From NCBI GenBank assembly GCA_963709405.1, contig CAVPXM010000077.1, positions 1-18,362 on the forward strand: a stretch of 18,362 nt of DNA. The letters run 5' to 3'. This stretch comes from an uncultured Nitrososphaerales archaeon (GTDB lineage Archaea > Thermoproteota > Nitrososphaeria > Nitrososphaerales > Nitrososphaeraceae). Under the pieces are notes generated by a model that had not been told where the DNA came from, ran no database searches, and saw nothing but the letters and a program-made list of their open reading frames with translations. How positions within the stretch are numbered: position 1 is the first letter of the stretch; each line of letters begins with the position of its first letter. Shown piece by piece: positions 1 through 9,461 of this stretch. Both the position numbers and the translations under genes were made by a program.

Positions 1-251
1 GTTTTAGACAAATCATGTATGGATTCATATAAGACATATTAAACCATTTTGTGAAGTTGAAACCTCCAATACTGTCAATGCTTTAATATAAAATGGAAAT
101 GACAGCCGACTCCAAGACAAACCTTAAAACTAGCGTGATATAATAAGGAATACAGATCATTTATCAGCCTCCGATTTGGAACGCCTAATCTGATAAGTGG
201 ATATTCATGGCAGACTAATTATATACTAATTCATTATTTATCACCTAATAG

Positions 252-257
252 TTATAA
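252..257 (+). promoter_or_regulatory. Putative archaeal TATA box for mpgS (probably leaderless transcript)
   Basis: TTATAA about 24 nt before the ATG at 281; AGTTATAA occurs twice (250-257, 260-267); no Shine-Dalgarno visible. Confidence 0.45.
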
Positions 258-280
258 GCAGTTATAACACTTCTAAACAT

Positions 281-1465
281 ATGAAATTGGACCTTCCAAG
301 ATATACTGAGAGATTTGGGGCCATAAGCCTTCATGGAGTTCAACGTGTATATGAATTAGATTCTGGATTCAATAATGGTAGGACAACTTCTGAATCAGTT
401 CAAAGCATTGGAAACGAGGAAATTTCAGAAATCGAAAAAAAGATGGCAATCGTTATACCGATCAAAGGTGAACGCCTAAAGCTCTTGGAAGGAGTACTAA
501 GTGGAATTCCTCATGATTGTTTGACTATCATTGTCTCCAATAGTCCACGACAACCAGTAGATAGATACAAATTAGAAAAAGAAGCACTCGAGCAATTCAA
601 TCGATTTGTAGGAAAAAATGCTATAATTTTACATCAAAAAGATTTAGGTCTATCTGAAGCTCTGAAACAAGTTGGTCATACAACCATATTTGGTCCTGAT
701 GATATTGTTAGAAATGGTAAAGCCGAAGGAATGATAACCGGGATGCTTCTAGCCAAGATGGCGGGAAAAGATTATGTCGGTTTTATCGACGCAGATAATT
801 ATGTACCAGGAGCTGTGAATGAATATGTAAAAATATTTGCGTCAGGAATTGCAATGTCCAACTCGCCATTTACTATGGTTCGTATATCGTGGATCTATAA
901 GCCGAAGGTTTCCGAGAGTGGGTTGTATTTTTCTAAGTGGGGAAGAGTGTCAGAAATAACAAACCAATACCTAAATTCATTGGTATCATACTATACTGGA
1001 TTCGAGACCGAAGTTATGCGCACAGGAAATTCAGGTGAACACTGTATGTCGATCAAATTAGCCGAACTGTTAACATATTCTTCAGGCTTTTCAGTAGAGC
1101 CATACGAAATTGTAAATATATTGGAGGAATTTGGAGGAATATTGCCCACAGAAAACTATGAAGCTATGGATAAAGGTGTAGAAATAATGCAGGTCGAAAC
1201 AAGAAATCCCCATTTTCATGAAGAAAAAGGTGATGATCATCTTAAAGAAATGTTTAATGGATCACTCAGTTGTGTATATAATAGCAAGATCTGTCCTCCA
1301 AAGTTGAGAGAAAAAATTCTTGAAGACCTTCGCGGAAGGGGGATATTGGATGAAGGACAGGATCTGTTTCCATTAAAAAAAATCAATCCTTTCAAAGATA
1401 TCGATATACATCAATTTGCAAAAATTCTACACGAAAAGGCGACTAGCTTCGTACATTCTGTTTAA
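281..1465 (+). CDS. mpgS: Mannosyl-3-phosphoglycerate synthase (GT55 family; mannosylglycerate compatible-solute pathway)
   Basis: 394 aa with recognisable MpgS motifs: PRYTERFG, AIVIPIKGE, GVLSGIPH, RNGKAEGM, GFIDADNYVPGAVNEY (DxD), WGRVSEITN, ETRNPHFHEEKG. Confidence 0.95.
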   Translation: MKLDLPRYTERFGAISLHGVQRVYELDSGFNNGRTTSESVQSIGNEEISEIEKKMAIVIPIKGERLKLLEGVLSGIPHDCLTIIVSNSPRQPVDRYKLEKEALEQFNRFVGKNAIILHQKDLGLSEALKQVGHTTIFGPDDIVRNGKAEGMITGMLLAKMAGKDYVGFIDADNYVPGAVNEYVKIFASGIAMSNSPFTMVRISWIYKPKVSESGLYFSKWGRVSEITNQYLNSLVSYYTGFETEVMRTGNSGEHCMSIKLAELLTYSSGFSVEPYEIVNILEEFGGILPTENYEAMDKGVEIMQVETRNPHFHEEKGDDHLKEMFNGSLSCVYNSKICPPKLREKILEDLRGRGILDEGQDLFPLKKINPFKDIDIHQFAKILHEKATSFVHSV

Positions 1466-1914
1466 TTAATAAACTTTTACTAACATAAATACACGCAAGT
1501 CGCCACCGGTGCAGCACACAATATATTAACCCAAAAAAAGGTGATATAAGAACTTTCTATAGACTATCTGATTCATCATATTCAGTCGTAGATGTTACCT
1601 TGAGGCTGTTGGCATCCAGAAATGTACAATGAAGAAAATAGTAAAATATTGTAGATCGAAGAGGGATTTATTAGACAATTAAAGTTGCCGACTTGACTGG
1701 CTTGACTTCACAATACAAATTTACAGGTATGAATTGTTATTGGAATTAGCTAAAACTTCCACAAACATAAGTAATTTAGTATCAACTATAATCATGATGG
1801 TTAATGTAATCAAATATCCTTTATTATGGTCTGCATGAACAATGTTTATTATCAACAACAACAACAGAGATATCATGAAAACAATAATAGAGCACATTCG
1901 AATGATCTTATATC

Positions 1915-2343
1915 ATGACCAAATCTAATTTGAGACGTGAGCTTATGATAATATCAAAGATGCATGGAATGCGCCATCGAAAGTGTAGAGTAATTAAGCA
2001 GTTGTCTTCTCCATTATCCTTGGATGAGATTTGTCCTACCTGGGCTGCTAAGCTTAAACTTGGCTTAACTATCAAAGAAAAACGAATTCTCTCCTACGAT
2101 TCTAAATACTGCTTGGTAGGAGAAACTTGGGGATTTACCGGAAGACAGGCAGGCTATTATTTCGCACCACTTATTCCATTCATAGGGTGTTGGACTTGCA
2201 TAAAATATGGAAAGGACATGGGCAAACTATCTAGAGAAAAAAAGGCCTACAAAACTGATGACTTTCAACCCTTAATTACTAGATTTCTTGATCACTGGAA
2301 TCAAAAGCATAAGCATGTCACAGAGAGATTGAAAGAAATATGA
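1915..2343 (+). CDS. Hypothetical protein with Cys/His motifs, possibly metal-binding
   Basis: 142-aa ORF containing ICPTW, CLVGETWGF, CWTC and FLDHWNQKH; resembles small hypothetical proteins of Nitrososphaeraceae; start uncertain. Confidence 0.7.
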   Translation: MTKSNLRRELMIISKMHGMRHRKCRVIKQLSSPLSLDEICPTWAAKLKLGLTIKEKRILSYDSKYCLVGETWGFTGRQAGYYFAPLIPFIGCWTCIKYGKDMGKLSREKKAYKTDDFQPLITRFLDHWNQKHKHVTERLKEI

Positions 2344-2392
2344 TACATACATACATACATACATACATACATACATACATACATACATACAT
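2343..2392. repeat. Perfect tetranucleotide microsatellite (ATAC)12 + AT
   Basis: Counted directly: 12 perfect ATAC units at 2343-2390, starting at the last base of the upstream TGA stop. Confidence 0.97.
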
Positions 2393-2650
2393 TTTCATAA
2401 ACCTAGCTGGAATATGATCCGTTCTGATTATCCTTACTTCAGATAACTGCTGGATTTTAATCATTTACCATTTTGGTATTACAGATAGTTTGAAGTTAAT
2501 GGCCTGTGATCATGTTGTGCCTTCTATTTTAAGTAGTTCATATAAATTTGTCATGTCGCACAGATCTAGTCTATGTGTGAGACAATAATATCCCTCATCA
2601 CTATAATCTAGTTTATTAGCCAACGGGTTCTCTTCGTCCTTACTTGTTTT

Positions 2651-3875
2651 CTATCCTGGTATTCTAGTGGTAGAATTAGTATTTAATGTATTTGCAGGCA
2701 GTTCTCTATAGTCCTCTACTACAAAATCAAAATTCGCTATTCTCGTTCCATTTGAATTAACTACTGTTTTGGTTATTAATGAATCTTTTACGGCAGTATC
2801 TTTCGGTAGGCTTTCAAAATATATCTGAGTAGTAAGTATGGGCTGACCTGGAATTCCAACCATAATATGGATGTGACTGGGGCGAAGAATTCTACCCTCA
2901 GTGTGCAATCGCCCAGGATAAACAGTATCCAGAACATACTTGCCAGCTTTGTCAGTCACGATCTTGCCTCTAAGATTATATCCTTTATTGTCATAGTTTC
3001 CATTAGCATCAGCTTGCCAGACATCCAATACCGCTCCTTGAACAGGTTTACATTCAATAGCTGAGAGGTACTCTACCAGTCAACTCCAACCTCGCACCCG
3101 GTAATCCTTTTGCAAAATCCTGTCCTTGTTTGAGTGGTGATCCAGACTTGTACTCTGGTCCTTGAATAGTTGGTTCTGTTGTATTACATTGTGATAGCTG
3201 CGATGTCAGAGGTCTTCCTGATAATGTTACATTTTTGGTGCCTGATGTATTTGACGTATTCAGATTTGATGTTGATGATATCGCTGCTGTAGCTTTCCGT
3301 TCGTTACCATTAGGTTTTACACTCGCCAGCGCCGCTGTAGCTGGCAATATCTGTCCTCTTATTTCACCCTTCTGGTGGTCCAGAGTACGAACGTCTACAA
3401 CAGTTTTACCTTCTTTCATCAAATTCACCAGATCGGATACCTTTTTACCGGCTAACGGACCATTCAGATCGTCTATCGTAATGGTTCCACTGGATAGCAC
3501 ACCATTAATTTGTCCTGTTGGAATACCAGATTTACCGTTGTGGATTGCATATGGATTAAATACTTCTACGAGAAGAGAGCCATTTTTCTGACCAATACGT
3601 GCTCCTATTACTGCATCGATATTGTTAACATTCATCTCGTAACTTAACGTATCATTAGAGTTCACAATAAATTTAGCCATTCCTGTTGCTTGTGTTTTTA
3701 CGGGTGGATTCTCGTTTTGTCCTGATAGTTTTGCGGTAAATGTTTGTTGTTGAGCGTGTGCATAATTAAGGTTGAAAGTGTCAAATTTCAATAATTGTAC
3801 CTTTATGCCATTTATCAATAATAAACACACAAACCAAATAGCAATCATTATCATTGCTTTACTTTTCAAAGCCAT
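2651..3875 (-). CDS. Secreted or membrane-anchored CHRD-domain plus intradiol ring-cleavage dioxygenase-like fusion, split by a +1 frameshift at about 3067
   Basis: N-terminal hydrophobic segment; CHRD motifs FTAKLSGQNENPPVKTQATG and GEIRGQI; Ser/Thr linker; then CNTTEPTIQGPEY...LELTGRV. Removing one C (GTA CCTC TCA to GTA CTC TCA) gives LSAIECKPVQGAVLDVWQADANGNYD...LRGKIVTDKAGKY...RPSHIH...LTTQIYF and joins ORFs 3054-3875 and 2651-3028. Confidence 0.85.
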
Positions 3876-3895
3876 CTAATAGAATATGAAGTGTA

Positions 3896-3903
3896 TTATA
3901 TAA
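3896..3903 (-). promoter_or_regulatory. Putative TATA box for the CHRD-dioxygenase gene
   Basis: TTATATAA about 21 nt upstream of the ATG at 3875. Confidence 0.45.
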
Positions 3904-4416
3904 GAGATGCCTAAAAATTATTGTTATAATGAATTAAGCTGGTTTCGAAATTTGAATATAGAATCAAATTACACTAGACTCAGTAGATAAGTATAAGGCT
4001 TCATACCTGTTCCTGTTGAAGTTCTGGATCTTAATTCGTATTGTATAGACAGAGAGTATACGTAAACAAATTTTAATGAATTCGATCCCGGGTAGAGCTT
4101 GAATTGAGAATACTGGAGTCGAGTGAGAGACCTCATTGCATATTGTTGTCTTATCTCGATGTCTTGTGATTTATTTACCTGCTAACCAGACAAATTAATC
4201 TGTTGAGTGTGAGTAACTAGAATTTTGATTGAGCGGATCTAATAGCAAAAAGAAAATAATGATCCTCGAATTCGAATTAATCATGTTTCAAATTTTTTCT
4301 GTCTTCATGCAAACTTCCAATGTTTACCCAAACAATACAACTTGCATAAGCTTAACATGTTTGTTAAAAAAAAGCAACAGACATATACGATTTATCCGAT
4401 TAGTTCTACTATCATT

Positions 4417-4683
4417 ATGAAAATGTCGATTTCTTCTATCAAGGTCAAAGTTCTATATTTTGCCAATGTCAAGGAAATTGCAGGAACGAGGGAGGAAGAG
4501 TTTATCTTGTCAAATCCGGCAAGTAGTGATCTTCTTTTACGTAGAATATTGGAAATACATCCTGGCATTAAAGATCTTAGAAAGACAATTAGTATTTCAG
4601 TAAATCGTAAGATTATTTGCGAAGATATCCTCTTGAATGATAAAGACGAAGTCGCTTTGCTGCCACCAGTTGCCGGAGGTTAG
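4417..4683 (+). CDS. moaD: MoaD/ThiS-family ubiquitin-like sulfur carrier (molybdopterin synthase small subunit, SAMP-like)
   Basis: IKVKVLYFANVKEIAG...ISVN...DEVALLPPVAGG with C-terminal GG; directly upstream of moaE; start moved from 4342 to the ATG at 4417 (4423 also possible). Confidence 0.92.
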   Translation: MKMSISSIKVKVLYFANVKEIAGTREEEFILSNPASSDLLLRRILEIHPGIKDLRKTISISVNRKIICEDILLNDKDEVALLPPVAGG

Positions 4684-4692
4684 ATCCATTTC

Positions 4693-5163
4693 ATGATCCA
4701 AAATAAAGACGATAATGTAAAGGAAAAACACGAATTACATGAAATACAAAAGATTACAGAAAAAGAAATTTCTATAAAGGAGATTTTAGATTCCATCAGA
4801 GATAATGATGTAGGAGCAACAGTGCTCTTTATAGGAACTGTTCGCAATTTTAGTGAAGTAGATACGGTAGTAAACATGTATTATGAATCATATACCAAGA
4901 TGGCAGAAGAGAGAATACAAATTATCATAGATGATGCTAAACAAAAATGGAATATTAATTGTAGACTTCTTCATAGAATCGGTGATCTAGAAGTTGGGGA
5001 TGTAAGTGTGGTAGTTGCAGTTTCTTCATCTCACAGACACGATGCATTTGACGCGTGTCAATATTTAATCGAAAGAATTAAACGCGAAGCTCCGATATGG
5101 AAAAAGGAAAGATTGATTGGAGGCGGCGAAAGATGGGTGAAAGGATACATCACTGAGAATTAG
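4693..5163 (+). CDS. moaE: Molybdopterin synthase catalytic subunit MoaE
   Basis: GATVLFIGTVRN, YESYTKMA, HRIGDLEVGD, SSSHRHDAFDAC, IKREAPIWKKE, W-V motifs. Confidence 0.95.
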   Translation: MIQNKDDNVKEKHELHEIQKITEKEISIKEILDSIRDNDVGATVLFIGTVRNFSEVDTVVNMYYESYTKMAEERIQIIIDDAKQKWNINCRLLHRIGDLEVGDVSVVVAVSSSHRHDAFDACQYLIERIKREAPIWKKERLIGGGERWVKGYITEN

Positions 5164-5283
5164 GTTAAAGGAAGTTCTAGTTTAAGATTGCCAGAATTAT
5201 ACTGAATAAGCAAATGCAAAAACATTATCCATAATAAAATACCTATATATGTATACTATTAAATAAATTAATATTAATTAATC

Positions 5284-6561
5284 ATGTACTCCAAAGAAAT
5301 TTCGTATTGTTCAGTAAATTCAGCTTTTATTAAGCTCAAAGAACATGCTAAGATTATACCGTGCTCAGAATTTGTGCATGTACTGAACGCATACAAAAGA
5401 GTTTTGGCTGAAGATATAATATCAAAGTTCGGAATTCCTCGATATAATAGTTCTCACATGGATGGCTTTGCTGTTAGGTACAATGATATAAAAAACACAT
5501 CAAAATCAAATCCAGTAACTTTAAAGATTTGCAATGTACAGGTATCGTTAGAAGGCATCGCAGATTTCGTTCTACCACGTAATCATGCATACAGGATTTC
5601 AACAGGTACCTCTTTACCTAAAGGATCTAATACAGTGATACCAATAGAAAATGTAAACATAGTTAAGGGGAGCAATTATGAAATGGTACAAATTCCTTCT
5701 TCAATACAAAAGGGTTCGTTCGTTTATCCTGCATGTATGGATATCAGGCAAGGAGAACGAGTATTATTAAAAGGAACAGCTTTGAGGGCTCAGGATATTG
5801 GAATCTTAACTTTTATGCATGTATTTCAAGTACCCGTATTCAAGAAACCGATTGTTGCTTTGATTCCAACAGGTGATGAGCTAACAGACATCTTGGAAAA
5901 TACGAGATCAGATAAGATTCCGAATATACATAGTCATATTATATCCTGGTTAGTGGAAGAGATTGGGGGAACAGCTATCGATTTAGGTGTAACTCCTGAT
6001 AAATTGACTGCAATAGAGAATAAAATCAAGAATGCGCTTGCAAGAGCTGATTTAATCTTGACAATTGGTGGATCATCTGTAGGTGAACATGATTTGGTAA
6101 AGAAAGCGATCAAATCAACTGATGCTCGTGGTGTAATAGCCTTCAGAATTAAACTAGATCGTGGAAGGGTAACCGGATTGGCAGTTCTAAATAGCAAACC
6201 ATTAATAATCCTCCCTGGTCCTATTCAAGGAGCCATAAATGCTTTCATCGTTTTTGCTTATCCTTTACTAAGACTAATATCTGGTCGATCTGAAAAAAGA
6301 AGTGAGTTAACTGTTTGTGCCACTTTAACTGATAATTGGGAAGCTCGTAGGAAATTTCCTAATTTTACAAAAATCGTATACGTAAAGTTATTCAAAATAC
6401 GAACTCAGAACAAATTTGTAGCGAGACCATTAATGGGCGAAACTGAGAGTATGGCCCTCCTTACTAAATGTAATGGTTATCTCATTGTCCCACAACATAT
6501 AACAAATATGAGGAAGGGACAGACCGTTCAAGTCAACTTAATGCCAGGTTTTTCATATTAA
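5284..6561 (+). CDS. moeA: Molybdopterin molybdotransferase MoeA
   Basis: 425 aa with RVLAEDI, SHMDGFAVR, ISTG, IPTGDEL, GGSSVGEHD, LPG; clustered with moaD/moaE. Confidence 0.92.
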   Translation: MYSKEISYCSVNSAFIKLKEHAKIIPCSEFVHVLNAYKRVLAEDIISKFGIPRYNSSHMDGFAVRYNDIKNTSKSNPVTLKICNVQVSLEGIADFVLPRNHAYRISTGTSLPKGSNTVIPIENVNIVKGSNYEMVQIPSSIQKGSFVYPACMDIRQGERVLLKGTALRAQDIGILTFMHVFQVPVFKKPIVALIPTGDELTDILENTRSDKIPNIHSHIISWLVEEIGGTAIDLGVTPDKLTAIENKIKNALARADLILTIGGSSVGEHDLVKKAIKSTDARGVIAFRIKLDRGRVTGLAVLNSKPLIILPGPIQGAINAFIVFAYPLLRLISGRSEKRSELTVCATLTDNWEARRKFPNFTKIVYVKLFKIRTQNKFVARPLMGETESMALLTKCNGYLIVPQHITNMRKGQTVQVNLMPGFSY

Positions 6562-6607
6562 CGATCAAGTTTGGCGCAGCCATTGGGATATGATCTAGAA
6601 CAACCTC

Positions 6608-6615
6608 TTTATATA
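6608..6615 (+). promoter_or_regulatory. Putative TATA box for the 6642 gene
   Basis: TTTATATA ending about 27 nt before the ATG at 6642. Confidence 0.5.
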
Positions 6616-6641
6616 ATGAGTAGAAATTTTTATTATCTGAT

Positions 6642-7484
6642 ATGAGTCTTAATGGAGATTGGCAAGATCAACGTGATCGCGGATTAAGAATTGCTTTGAT
6701 CAGCACAATCTCATTAATTTTGATATTTGTAATCTATGCTAGAGTCAGTACCCCTCATGAAGGACAGTCTGTAATGATTAATGCTAATCTTAAGAATATT
6801 GCAGATGTTGTACTTTTCATGACCGGTATGTTGATGGTATCAATTGGCTATGGGTTATACAAAATTTTTAAAGCGGAACAAAAAAGAACGATAAATACCA
6901 ATACATTGACATTCTACATTACATCGGTATTTTCAGATAGCTGGTATTGGAAAATAATGGCAGCTTCTGCAATAGGTTATGGTGTTATTTTTGCGTTCCT
7001 TTCTCAAATATTTATATATAGAAATGATGTCTCGTTTTTTGAGCAAGGTGTTAATATTCCTTCGATTAGTGTTACACCTTGTTGCAACCTGATTGGTTAT
7101 GTGCCGATGCTTTCTATCTACTTAACTGACCATTTTTTGATCTTGTTGATACCGATTAACATCGTTCTTGTAGTCGCTGTTTCAGTATTGGTTGGCTTTA
7201 ATGTTTCTTTGAACGTTTATGCATTAAAACTTACTAGAAGGTTTAGTCACACCAAAAAGCTCTCTTCTCTACTTGGAAGCGTAGGACTAACCAGTGGTCT
7301 ATTTATTGGATGTCCTACATGTGTAGGAAGTTTGTTTTCGCTTCTTTTGGGATTCTGGTCGGGAGCAGCGATCTCAATACTCGCATATTTTCAAACTGTG
7401 TTCATTGTAATATCTATACCGGCATTGATAGTCTCTACTATTCTTATTGCCAAACAAATAAAATCAATCTACTCATGTAGATAA
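6642..7484 (+). CDS. Multi-pass membrane protein (about 6 TM) with CC and CxxC motifs, function unknown
   Basis: 280 aa with several long hydrophobic stretches; TPCCN in a loop and GCPTCVG near the fifth helix. Confidence 0.8.
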   Translation: MSLNGDWQDQRDRGLRIALISTISLILIFVIYARVSTPHEGQSVMINANLKNIADVVLFMTGMLMVSIGYGLYKIFKAEQKRTINTNTLTFYITSVFSDSWYWKIMAASAIGYGVIFAFLSQIFIYRNDVSFFEQGVNIPSISVTPCCNLIGYVPMLSIYLTDHFLILLIPINIVLVVAVSVLVGFNVSLNVYALKLTRRFSHTKKLSSLLGSVGLTSGLFIGCPTCVGSLFSLLLGFWSGAAISILAYFQTVFIVISIPALIVSTILIAKQIKSIYSCR

Positions 7485-7736
7485 AGGATGGCAAAACGTG
7501 TTTTCCAAACTTCCAAACTTTAGTAAATTCACATACAAACTACATAATTCAAAAAGCGTATTAAATAGAGGGCATATGCTATGTAGAAAAAATGAAATTT
7601 ATTCCTAAGCAATGCGATTAGAGAATGGTACTAGATTTAGTGTTATCACTATCACCATATTCACAACAAAATAAATCTCTCAATATGTGGGTAATAAAAG
7701 TTAGTGTGGAAGCGTTCGCTTTTACATTTTCTTGTT

Positions 7737-9419
7737 TTACTTTTTACTTTTCACTTTTGTAAGTATATTCTGTTCAAATGTTGGTAACGCCTTTGAAAGG
7801 CTATCAAGATACATTTGAACATGAGGCTCTGCAATCCACATTTTTTCATTTTCGAATAAATAGCCATATCTTTGTGAACTACCTATTTTTTCCCGAAGTT
7901 TTAAAACTTCAAGGTAGTCTCTAGACACAGTAAATTCGTCAAATCCATGTCTCCTAGCTATCGAGTCGAAAATTTCATGCATTCCAGAACCGTGTTGCGC
8001 TGCTTCCTTTATACGATATGCTATGCTCTTGGGTATACCCAATTTTTGGGCAAGCTTTCGATGTACATGTTTGCCCAATTTATCTGAACCACCTTTTACA
8101 TTTAGCTTCAGATCTAATTGCATTGAAAATTTAATTAGGTCAATATCCAAGAAAGGTTCCCGCATTTCTATGCTATGTGCCATTGTAATCTTATCCTCTC
8201 TTTCTAGAGTTTCACTATAAAGTAAAAGCAAGTCCTCATCCATATGCTGGCGTAATTTTTGATATCCTTCTATTTCAACAACCTTTGCATACCATGCATA
8301 ACCACCAAACAGCTCATCTGCTCCTTGTCCACTAAACATAACATTAATTCCGTCTTCTTGCGCAAGTTTTACTGCGGCATATACCGGAACTGCAACCTCT
8401 ACTTGCCCTGCGTTATTATTTTCTATTGTATCCATAACTTCAGGCAGCATCTGCTCAACTTCCTCAGGAGTAAGTTCGTTAACTCTTAACTTCAGATCTA
8501 GTCTCTTAGCGACCAGTCTTGCAAATGCAATGTCATTTGAACCACTAACTCCTCCCGTATAACAAATAATCTCAGGGACCATTTTCTTCGCAAGCCAGGC
8601 AATGATTACGCTATCAATTCCACCTGAAAAAATTATTCCCACTCTACTAAAATCTTGTGTCCGTTTTTTCATCGAGGCAATGAGAGCTTGTTGATATTGT
8701 TTAACAGCTAATGATATTGTTTTATAAGCAACTTTAGTAGGTCGTATTGGCGAAGTAGCAACTACGAATTTTTGTATCTTGCCATTTGGCAAAATAATTA
8801 CTGCCTGACCAGGCAAGACTCGATGAGTAGGTTCCTTAAGTCCTACTTTCCATAACGCCTTACGCTCAGAAGCAAATGCAATTATGTCATCATTTTCACC
8901 ATAATAGATTTGTCTTACACCCATTATGTCTCTAACTAGTGCAATACTTCCCGTCTCTTCGTCTTTGATGACTATGGCATAAACCCCATCAAGACGTGAA
9001 ACGGTCTTCCTAATGGCATAAAGAAGATCATTATTCTTGGAGTATTCCTCCAATAGATGAACAATCACCTCACTATCTGTTTGAGTCGCAAACGAATGTG
9101 ATTTTTCTAGTTTATTACGAATTTTCTTATAATTATAAATTTCACCGTTATGTTCTACAATAAATCTTCCGTTACAGCTGCAAAAAGGCTGTTGCCCACA
9201 AGTGCCTCCGACTATAGCAAGCCTTAGATGTCCTAATGCACTCTTCCCTGAGAGCTTGTCGAATCGCAAATTTTCGAGCAAATCTGCTCTAATCACATGT
9301 TTATTAGCACATATTCCAGCTCCGTCTGGACCCCGACTTGACATACTCGAAAGCATACACTCGATCATTGGTACAACATTTTCATTTTTTTTGCTTAAAA
9401 TACCTGCTATTCCACACAT
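7737..9419 (-). CDS. asnB: Asparagine synthase (glutamine-hydrolysing)
   Basis: MCGIAG with the Ntn Cys nucleophile (start moved to the ATG at 9419), RGPDG, GHLRLAIV, HNGEIYN, TDSEV, SGGIDS, SGQGADELFGGY, EMREPFLD. Confidence 0.93.
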   Translation of the reverse strand: MCGIAGILSKKNENVVPMIECMLSSMSSRGPDGAGICANKHVIRADLLENLRFDKLSGKSALGHLRLAIVGGTCGQQPFCSCNGRFIVEHNGEIYNYKKIRNKLEKSHSFATQTDSEVIVHLLEEYSKNNDLLYAIRKTVSRLDGVYAIVIKDEETGSIALVRDIMGVRQIYYGENDDIIAFASERKALWKVGLKEPTHRVLPGQAVIILPNGKIQKFVVATSPIRPTKVAYKTISLAVKQYQQALIASMKKRTQDFSRVGIIFSGGIDSVIIAWLAKKMVPEIICYTGGVSGSNDIAFARLVAKRLDLKLRVNELTPEEVEQMLPEVMDTIENNNAGQVEVAVPVYAAVKLAQEDGINVMFSGQGADELFGGYAWYAKVVEIEGYQKLRQHMDEDLLLLYSETLEREDKITMAHSIEMREPFLDIDLIKFSMQLDLKLNVKGGSDKLGKHVHRKLAQKLGIPKSIAYRIKEAAQHGSGMHEIFDSIARRHGFDEFTVSRDYLEVLKLREKIGSSQRYGYLFENEKMWIAEPHVQMYLDSLSKALPTFEQNILTKVKSKK

Positions 9420-9461
9420 TTTTACTGCTATCTCCAAATATTGCTATCAGAATCAAGCTTC

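Noticed and set aside
281-1465. mpgS with no adjacent mpgP phosphatase
   Set aside because: mpgP may lie just outside the window or elsewhere in the genome; absence cannot be judged here.
1495-1520. GC-rich patch with CACCGGTG palindrome after mpgS, considered as a tRNA fragment or att site
   Set aside because: No cloverleaf or T-loop motif and no second copy in the window.
1835-1918. Short ORF MNNVYYQQQQQRYHENNNRAHSNDLIS with (CAA)4, a possible frameshifted N-terminus of the 1915 gene
   Set aside because: Plausible given the other indels, but there is no conserved motif to anchor it.
2867-3591. Plus-strand ORFs 2867-3064 and 3235-3591
   Set aside because: Antisense shadows of the CHRD-dioxygenase gene.
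4229-4877. ORFs 4229-4420 (+) and 4680-4877 (-), and the 4342 start for moaD
   Set aside because: No motifs; they overlap the moaD upstream region or are antisense to moaE; the MoaD fold begins near 4417-4423.
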